A stretch of 12,319 bases of DNA, taken from NCBI GenBank assembly GCA_964388265.1, contig CAYLXZ010000023.1:1-12319 (forward strand), written 5' to 3'. A program made the translations under genes and the position numbers. The notes under the pieces were generated by a model that saw only the letters and a program-made list of their open reading frames with translations, was not told where the DNA came from and ran no database searches. Shown here one piece after another: positions 7,707 through 12,319 of the stretch. The number at the start of each line of letters is the position of its first letter. Position 1 is the stretch's first letter. This DNA is from Candidatus Micrarchaeota archaeon. Its GTDB lineage: Archaea; B1Sed10-29.

Positions 7707-8750
7707 CTATTTAAATGGATTTAACTTTTCCAGAATGCCTTTATCTTCTTTTTTCTTTCTTTTTCTTGTTTGAAGGTTTTCTTCATCTTTCTTTAGAGTT
7801 TTAAAGGTTTCTAATAGTGCTTCGTAATCTGCTTTTTCTTTGCTCATTCCGTGATCCTGTTTCTTTTGCTTTTTACCTCTCCATGTTTCACGGAATTTTC
7901 GATCTTGTTTTTCAAGGTTTCTTATCTTTTTTTCCGCTTGTTTTGCTTTTTTGTATTCTTCTTTGCTGTCGAAGTGTTCTTCTGGGTTTTTTCTTTTTTC
8001 CTTGGCTTTTTTTAGTTCTTTGTATCTTTGCGCTGTCTTTGTGTTGAACTCGAAGTGTCTTGTTAGCTGTTCCATTGGGTTGTATGTTTCTTTTACCTGT
8101 TCTGATTGCTCTGCTTTTTCGTGGAGGTCTTTCTTTTCTAGGTGTTCTCTCTTGATTTTGATGTTCTTGTTCTCTTTTTCTATTTCTTCTTTTAGTTTGT
8201 GGTATACTGGTGTGTGTCCTGCTCCTGCTGCTATGTATATTTTTTTACCTGGGTTTTCCTTTATGATTTTCTTCAGTTCTTTGGCTCTTGTTTTATTTCT
8301 TTCTTTGTTGGCTTCTGCTTTTACCTGGGCTGCTTCTTTGGTTTTCCCTAGGTTTCGGTAGATGTTTGCGGTTGATTTTTCTAGAGTTAATTCTGATTTT
8401 GATACTCCTGCTCCTTTGATTTCTTTGTCTTTTCCTTTTTTCTGCATTTCTTTCAGGGTTTTGAACAGTTTTTCTGAGTACTCTGGGAAGTTTGTTTTCT
8501 CAGCTAGTTCTTTGAGCTCTTTCTCTGTCTCTGTTTTTTTCACTTTCTCAAGGGTTTCGGGAGGCATCTCTGGTATTATTATATCTGCTTCTTTCATTCT
8601 CTTCTTTGCTTTTTCAACTTTCTGTGGTGCGTGTTTTTCAAATCCTATCTCTACCTCGGTTTTTTTCCTCTTTTCCTCTTCTCTGGTTTTTTCTTTGGAT
8701 CTGGATTTTTCTCTTTGTTTCTTTTTCTTTTGATTTGTTCTCTTTCCCAT
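7707..8750 (-). CDS. K/E-rich protein with a putative TraB/Tiki/EreA/ChaN-superfamily domain
   Basis: IGFEKH(H40), ADIIIPE(E61), ERN(R151) and KIYIAAGAGH(H179) appear in the order typical of the superfamily. AGGAG SD upstream. Confidence 0.65.
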   Translation of the reverse strand: MGKRTNQKKKKQREKSRSKEKTREEEKRKKTEVEIGFEKHAPQKVEKAKKRMKEADIIIPEMPPETLEKVKKTETEKELKELAEKTNFPEYSEKLFKTLKEMQKKGKDKEIKGAGVSKSELTLEKSTANIYRNLGKTKEAAQVKAEANKERNKTRAKELKKIIKENPGKKIYIAAGAGHTPVYHKLKEEIEKENKNIKIKREHLEKKDLHEKAEQSEQVKETYNPMEQLTRHFEFNTKTAQRYKELKKAKEKRKNPEEHFDSKEEYKKAKQAEKKIRNLEKQDRKFRETWRGKKQKKQDHGMSKEKADYEALLETFKTLKKDEENLQTRKRKKKEDKGILEKLNPFK

Positions 8751-8793
8751 GTTTTCTCCTGTGTATCATTACGTTCTCGGGTAATTAAAAGTA

Positions 8794-8814
8794 CCTGCAA
8801 AAAGGTTTTTATTC
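8794..8814 (+). promoter_or_regulatory. Conserved BRE/TATA-variant promoter, copy 3
   Basis: CCTGCAAAAAGGTTTTTATTC, 31 nt before ATG 8846. It sits back-to-back with the minus-strand CTTTTAAT box for the gene starting at 8750. Confidence 0.68.
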
Positions 8815-8845
8815 CCTGGGTGATGTAAATAAGCTAAGGGAAAAC

Positions 8846-9145
8846 ATGGCTAAGAAAAAGATCAATAGAAGAGAGAAAGAAAAGAAGGAAAGCGATGAAG
8901 TTAAGGATCTTCTGGAAGAATTAGAGGAATTGAAAGAAGTTAAAGGAGCCGAGAAAGAGCAGAAGGAGAAGAAGCAGAGAGATGAAAGAAGAGAAGCAGT
9001 TAATATGATTAGCGGTATCTTGAAACAGGCGGAGAAACTGGAAGAGAAAGGAGAAACCAAGGAAGCCGAAGAGAAGAAAGAGCTAGCTAAGAAACTGATT
9101 GATATGTCATTCGGAGGCAAGATCTCGAAGAAAGAGAAGTCTTAG
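8846..9145 (+). CDS. K/E-rich helical orphan protein (99 aa)
   Basis: Purine-rich coding strand, conserved promoter, AAGGGA SD-like site and a polybasic N-terminus. Confidence 0.72.
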   Translation: MAKKKINRREKEKKESDEVKDLLEELEELKEVKGAEKEQKEKKQRDERREAVNMISGILKQAEKLEEKGETKEAEEKKELAKKLIDMSFGGKISKKEKS

Positions 9146-9165
9146 GTTCTTTGTCTTTGTTTCTC

Positions 9166-9200
9166 TTTATATCTTTCGGTTTACCGGAAAGATTTATAAA
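9166..9200. promoter_or_regulatory. Imperfect inverted repeat between convergent genes; the right arm is a canonical BRE-TATA
   Basis: TTTATATCTTTCGG-TTTA-CCGGAAAGATTTATAAA. Confidence 0.45.
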
Positions 9201-9240
9201 TAAAAGAAATTTGAATCGAAAGTTGCTCTGGATATAAGAT

Positions 9241-9254
9241 TTTAGGCACTACAT
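9241..9254 (+). repeat. 14-bp direct repeat, copy 1
   Basis: TTTAGGCACTACAT, identical at 10881-10894. Contains the toxin stop codon. Confidence 0.6.
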
Positions 9255-9737
9255 TTTATCTATTTCTTTAATTATCTTGCTGTATACTTGGTTCTTTAGG
9301 TTCATTCCTTCTTGGACTAAGTTGTATAGTATTTCTTTTGCTTCTTCTTTGTCTATGTGGTTGTTTTCCACGGATTTAAGGATTAGTGTGGTTAGCCAGT
9401 GGCATTCTATGTTCTTCATTCTCGCGATCTGTATTAGGGCTTTATCATTGGTTAGGAGCACTTCGTTTTCTTGTTGTGCGAGCAGTATTAGTGAAGCGTC
9501 TGCTTTTGTTATTCCTTCTAGTTCCGCGGTTTCTTGAGTTTTTTCTGTGTCTATTTTCTTTGTTTGGATGTTTTTGAAGAGTTTTTTGAGTTCTGAGGTT
9601 CCTTTTCTGCCTTTGCCTTGTTCTATTACTTCTTTCTTTATCTTCGGGGTGGCTTTCAGTTCTCTAAGTTGGTTTAGAAGGTCTAGGTTCCCTGTTCGTG
9701 CTAGTGGAATCAGGGTCGAGGAGTCTAGTATTGTCAT
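9249..9737 (-). CDS. vapC: PIN-domain VapC-like toxin (DUF3368 type)
   Basis: ILDSSTLI, 'KKEVI', ADASLI and LLTNDK supply the acidic PIN residues, followed by a C-terminal helical extension. The start overlaps the antitoxin stop. Confidence 0.85.
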   Translation of the reverse strand: MTILDSSTLIPLARTGNLDLLNQLRELKATPKIKKEVIEQGKGRKGTSELKKLFKNIQTKKIDTEKTQETAELEGITKADASLILLAQQENEVLLTNDKALIQIARMKNIECHWLTTLILKSVENNHIDKEEAKEILYNLVQEGMNLKNQVYSKIIKEIDKM

Positions 9738-10030
9738 TATATCCTCTCTAGGTCTTTTTCCAGTTCTTCTTCTGAGTATCCTATGTCTATTCCTTTTTCG
9801 GATGCTAGGTTTATCATTTCTATGTAGGTTGTTTTCGCTATCTCTGCTGCTTTTCTAATGGTTACTTTGTTTTGTTTAAGGAGCTGTAGGGCTTTCTTTT
9901 TTCTTCTTTCTTCCAGTGCTTTTTTCAGGAGCTTTCTTATTACTTCGGATTGTTTCTTGTTCTCTTTCTCTTCTATTTGTTTGAGGGAGTTGTAGTCTTC
10001 TTCAGGTACTCTTGTTGTTATTGTTTTCAC
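9737..10030 (-). CDS. UPF0175-family antitoxin with N-terminal CopG-like ribbon-helix-helix (97 aa)
   Basis: GTG start at 10030 with GGTGGT SD at 10035-10040. KTITTRVPEE..SEVIRKLL is RHH-like, and KVTIRKAAEIA matches UPF0175. Confidence 0.85.
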   Translation of the reverse strand: MKTITTRVPEEDYNSLKQIEEKENKKQSEVIRKLLKKALEERRKKKALQLLKQNKVTIRKAAEIAKTTYIEMINLASEKGIDIGYSEEELEKDLERI

Positions 10031-10039
10031 AAAAACCAC

Positions 10040-10078
10040 CGTTACGTATGTAATCGTTACGATACAATATAAGTTTAA
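10040..10078 (-). promoter_or_regulatory. TA operon promoter with a probable autorepression operator
   Basis: Minus-strand AAACTTATAT TATA at about 10067-10076. Alternating TTAC/GTAA/TTAC half-sites in CGTTACGTATGTAATCGTTACG lie over the expected transcription start. Confidence 0.6.
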
Positions 10079-10291
10079 CGGTGCTCCACCCATTGCTTCC
10101 GACACCATGGAAAACATAGATACATACAAAGCGTTCTCAATGAAATGAATTTCCCAACTCCAGAGAGTTAACCTGAGTTAATATCTCCCTTCCTCCTCTT
10201 TCTCTTCACTCATACTGATCACATACAGAGACACGGAGACAAAGAATAGAAAGATAAACCTGTAGAGTAAGAATAGATAACAGGGGTAAAG

Positions 10292-10810
10292 ATGAGTGAA
10301 GAAGATTCAGATCTTGAGGAGATAAGGGGGTTGGCGAAGGAAGAGCTATCTCCAGGTCTCTTGGAGCACGTGGAGAAGGTCGTGGAGAAGGCGGAATGGC
10401 TCCTGGAATCCTATCCAGAGGCAGATGAAGAGGTAGTTAAATCCGCATGTTGGCTACATGACATAGTGCACCAATCCATGGGTTACAGCGGAGAGGAACA
10501 TAATCTAGAGTCCGCTGAAAAAGCCGGGAAGATTATGAAAGAGCTAGAAATGGATCAAGATAAGATAGATAAGGTAATTGAATGTATAGAGAGCAATAGA
10601 ACAACGACTCCTCAGGAACCCACCACCATTGAAGCTAGGATAGTCGCATCCGCGGATAATCTCTCTCATTTCGATTCCTATGAAACCCTAGTACAGATTA
10701 AGAGTGAGGAATGGGCTCGGAACAAACTTGAAAGAGATCTAGACTCCGATTTCATGCTACCGGAAGCCAGAGAACACGCAGAAGATAAACTGGAAGAAAT
10801 AAAGAACTAG
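10292..10810 (+). CDS. HD-domain metal-dependent phosphohydrolase
   Basis: EHVEKV, ACWLHDI, EHNLES and EARIVASADNL motifs. GGGGT SD upstream. Confidence 0.85.
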   Translation: MSEEDSDLEEIRGLAKEELSPGLLEHVEKVVEKAEWLLESYPEADEEVVKSACWLHDIVHQSMGYSGEEHNLESAEKAGKIMKELEMDQDKIDKVIECIESNRTTTPQEPTTIEARIVASADNLSHFDSYETLVQIKSEEWARNKLERDLDSDFMLPEAREHAEDKLEEIKN

Positions 10811-10880
10811 AGGGCTGGTGAACCCATACAAAGAGATTGAAGATTTCAACGCTCTGCAGGGCTATATGTATATGGATTGA

Positions 10881-10894
10881 TTTAGGCACTACAT
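10881..10894 (+). repeat. 14-bp direct repeat, copy 2
   Basis: TTTAGGCACTACAT, identical to 9241-9254. Confidence 0.6.
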
Positions 10895-10914
10895 CTTCTT
10901 TCCATCTATAAATT

Positions 10915-10934
10915 CCTGCAAAAGTTTTTTATTC
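10915..10934 (+). promoter_or_regulatory. Conserved BRE/TATA-variant promoter, copy 4
   Basis: CCTGCAAAAGTTTTTTATTC, 30 nt before ATG 10965. Confidence 0.7.
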
Positions 10935-10964
10935 CCAAGCCACCTAATACAAACGTGATTTGAG

Positions 10965-12158
10965 ATGGGTAAAAAATCAAAAACGAGTAAAGACAAGGAG
11001 GCTGAGAAAACAAAGAGAAAGCTAGCAGCACCGAAGAGGAAGAAGCCACAGAAGCTCACTGTGGATAAAATGAAGAAAAAAGTAAAGGACATGAAGAAAG
11101 AAAAAAGAGAAAAACTAAAGAAAAGGGTCAAAGGATACGAATACATACCTCTAAAGATACTGATAAACAACCCTGAGAAATCAATAGAGCAAATTAAAAA
11201 AGAAGCGGAGAGAAAGGTCCGAGAGGAGATAGGAGAAGAAGGAAAACTGATCATAGATGAATCCATCCTAGGTGGAGAGATAACAGACAAGGACCTCAAA
11301 AAGATAAAGAAAGCACACAAAAAAGGAATCCTCAAACCAATAAAAGAAAAACTAAAGAAAGAGAAGGGTCAAATCAACCCAGGAGACCTCCTGGACGAAA
11401 TAGAAAAGAAAAAAGAATCTGAATGGGGAGCACTTAAAAAAGATAAAAGAAAAGGAAACCAACAAAACATAGTAGAAGAAGCTAAAGAGATAGCTAAAGC
11501 CTATCCGAATAAAACTATTGAAGAGATCATAGATAAAACCATAGAAACCAAGAAAGGAGAAATAAATAACATAGAGAAGGCTAAAAAGCTCCTTAAAAAA
11601 GAAGAATCACAAAACAGGATAAAAACAGCTCAAAGCGTTGAAAAAATGGATATAGCTGGAGGGAATGTAAAAAGCGAGATCAAAAAAGAGATGCGTAAAA
11701 ACCCTGATAAAAGCATTGAAGAAGTTATAGGATCAATCACAACGAGCGGTGTAGATTACCACAATGAGATAGCTCAAGAAGCTCTTCAAAAGGATGAAGA
11801 GTTCAGAAAAGAGTTAGAGCAAATAAAGGAAGAAGAAAAAAAGAAAAAAGAATCAGACCTCGGAGACCTACAGATGGATAAAAGAAAGAAATCCAAAAAG
11901 AAGGTGGAGGTAGAAGATGAAACATTTAGCAATGCCTCTGAAATGCTGGAAGAAAAAGCCAAAGGAGTAATAAAGAAGAACCCTGAACTAACTCCTAAAG
12001 AAGCTGTTGAAGAAGCAAAATCTAGAATCCCTGAATTCAAAGGCAGAGAACCCAGCTACCCTATCTACGTAAAGGATGTACTAGACACACGATTTAGGGA
12101 AAAACTCAAAGAGATAAAGGAAAAAGCCAAGAAGAAAGAATCCAAGAAAAACAAATAA
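10965..12158 (+). CDS. K/E-rich orphan protein with four dispersed (N/Y)P-x-K-(S/T)-IEE-like helical repeats
   Basis: NNPEKSIEQI, AYPNKTIEEI, KNPDKSIEEV and KNPELTPKEA. Conserved promoter and an AAACGTGA SD-like site. Confidence 0.78.
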   Translation: MGKKSKTSKDKEAEKTKRKLAAPKRKKPQKLTVDKMKKKVKDMKKEKREKLKKRVKGYEYIPLKILINNPEKSIEQIKKEAERKVREEIGEEGKLIIDESILGGEITDKDLKKIKKAHKKGILKPIKEKLKKEKGQINPGDLLDEIEKKKESEWGALKKDKRKGNQQNIVEEAKEIAKAYPNKTIEEIIDKTIETKKGEINNIEKAKKLLKKEESQNRIKTAQSVEKMDIAGGNVKSEIKKEMRKNPDKSIEEVIGSITTSGVDYHNEIAQEALQKDEEFRKELEQIKEEEKKKKESDLGDLQMDKRKKSKKKVEVEDETFSNASEMLEEKAKGVIKKNPELTPKEAVEEAKSRIPEFKGREPSYPIYVKDVLDTRFREKLKEIKEKAKKKESKKNK

Positions 12159-12232
12159 ACCCATACAGAAAGATAGAGAACTGGATGTGCAGCTACTGCG
12201 ACTACCAAAAAGAATGCGAAGAAAGAAGGTAA
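12158..12232 (+). pseudogene. Remnant 3' end of a Cas4/AddB-like Fe-S PD-(D/E)XK nuclease gene
   Basis: Reads NPYRKIENWMCSYCDYQKECEERR-stop, a terminal CxxCxYxxxC motif. The frame is blocked upstream by TAG at 12095. Confidence 0.5.
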
Positions 12233-12257
12233 AAGGTTGGGGAACACTACAGAGTAT

Positions 12258-12317
12258 TTAGATTTCTAGTTCTTCTATCTCGCCTTTGTTGTTGAATTCC
12301 TCTTTCTCACCGAGGTA
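12258..12317 (-). CDS. 3' end of an unknown gene entering from the right edge
   Basis: Purine-rich minus frame YLGEKEEFNNKGEIEELEI-TAA. Confidence 0.45.
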   Translation of the reverse strand, partial: YLGEKEEFNNKGEIEELEI

Positions 12318-12319
12318 TC

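Noticed and set aside
10031..10129. N-terminal extension of the antitoxin ORF from TTG 10129
   Set aside because: It covers the TATA, operator and SD. The RHH domain begins at GTG 10030.
10178..10213. Minus-strand mini-ORF MSEEKEEEGRY, in frame with the antitoxin after one stop
   Set aside because: Only 11 codons, and the read-through sequence is not recognisable. It may be gene debris but cannot be supported.
1781..12247. Many F/S/L-rich ORFs antisense to the called genes (e.g. 1781..2539-, 4124..4486+, 7951..8361+, 8362..8733+, 10889..11335-)
   Set aside because: They are shadows of purine-rich K/E codons, whose reverse complement rarely contains stops. They have no RBS, promoter or domain motifs.
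1..12319. Provirus, integron or IS element; tRNA/rRNA genes
   Set aside because: No integrase, transposase, capsid or attC-like sites, and no GC-rich structured RNA segment. The orphans are interleaved with housekeeping genes in mixed orientations.

Overview
AT-rich, purine-skewed archaeal DNA, judged from BRE/TATA-type promoters, GGTG-like ribosome-binding sites, leaderless genes, iorAB and a UPF0175/PIN toxin-antitoxin pair. The Lys/Glu-rich proteome suggests a salt-adapted, possibly DPANN-like lineage (inference). Housekeeping-type genes are the 3' part of iorA, iorB, an MsrQ-like cytochrome b, a DUF1624/HGSNAT-like membrane protein, uridine kinase, a Cys-rich surface lipoprotein, a type II TA module and an HD hydrolase. 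They are interleaved with about ten orphan, extremely K/E-rich genes that all start with a polybasic N-terminus. Four orphans share a near-identical promoter, C(C/T)T(G/A)CAAAA(A)G(T/G)TTTTTATTC, 29-31 nt before the ATG. Several carry hidden domains: GNAT-like, TraB/Tiki/EreA-like, tandem HTH and DUF2007-like. This suggests a co-regulated, possibly exported effector-like repertoire. Missed by the ORF track: a 45-aa membrane peptide gene, a frameshifted gene sharing a module with the GNAT gene, a Cas4/AddB-like C-terminal remnant, and short direct repeats flanking gene blocks. All family calls come from reading motifs, not from database searches.
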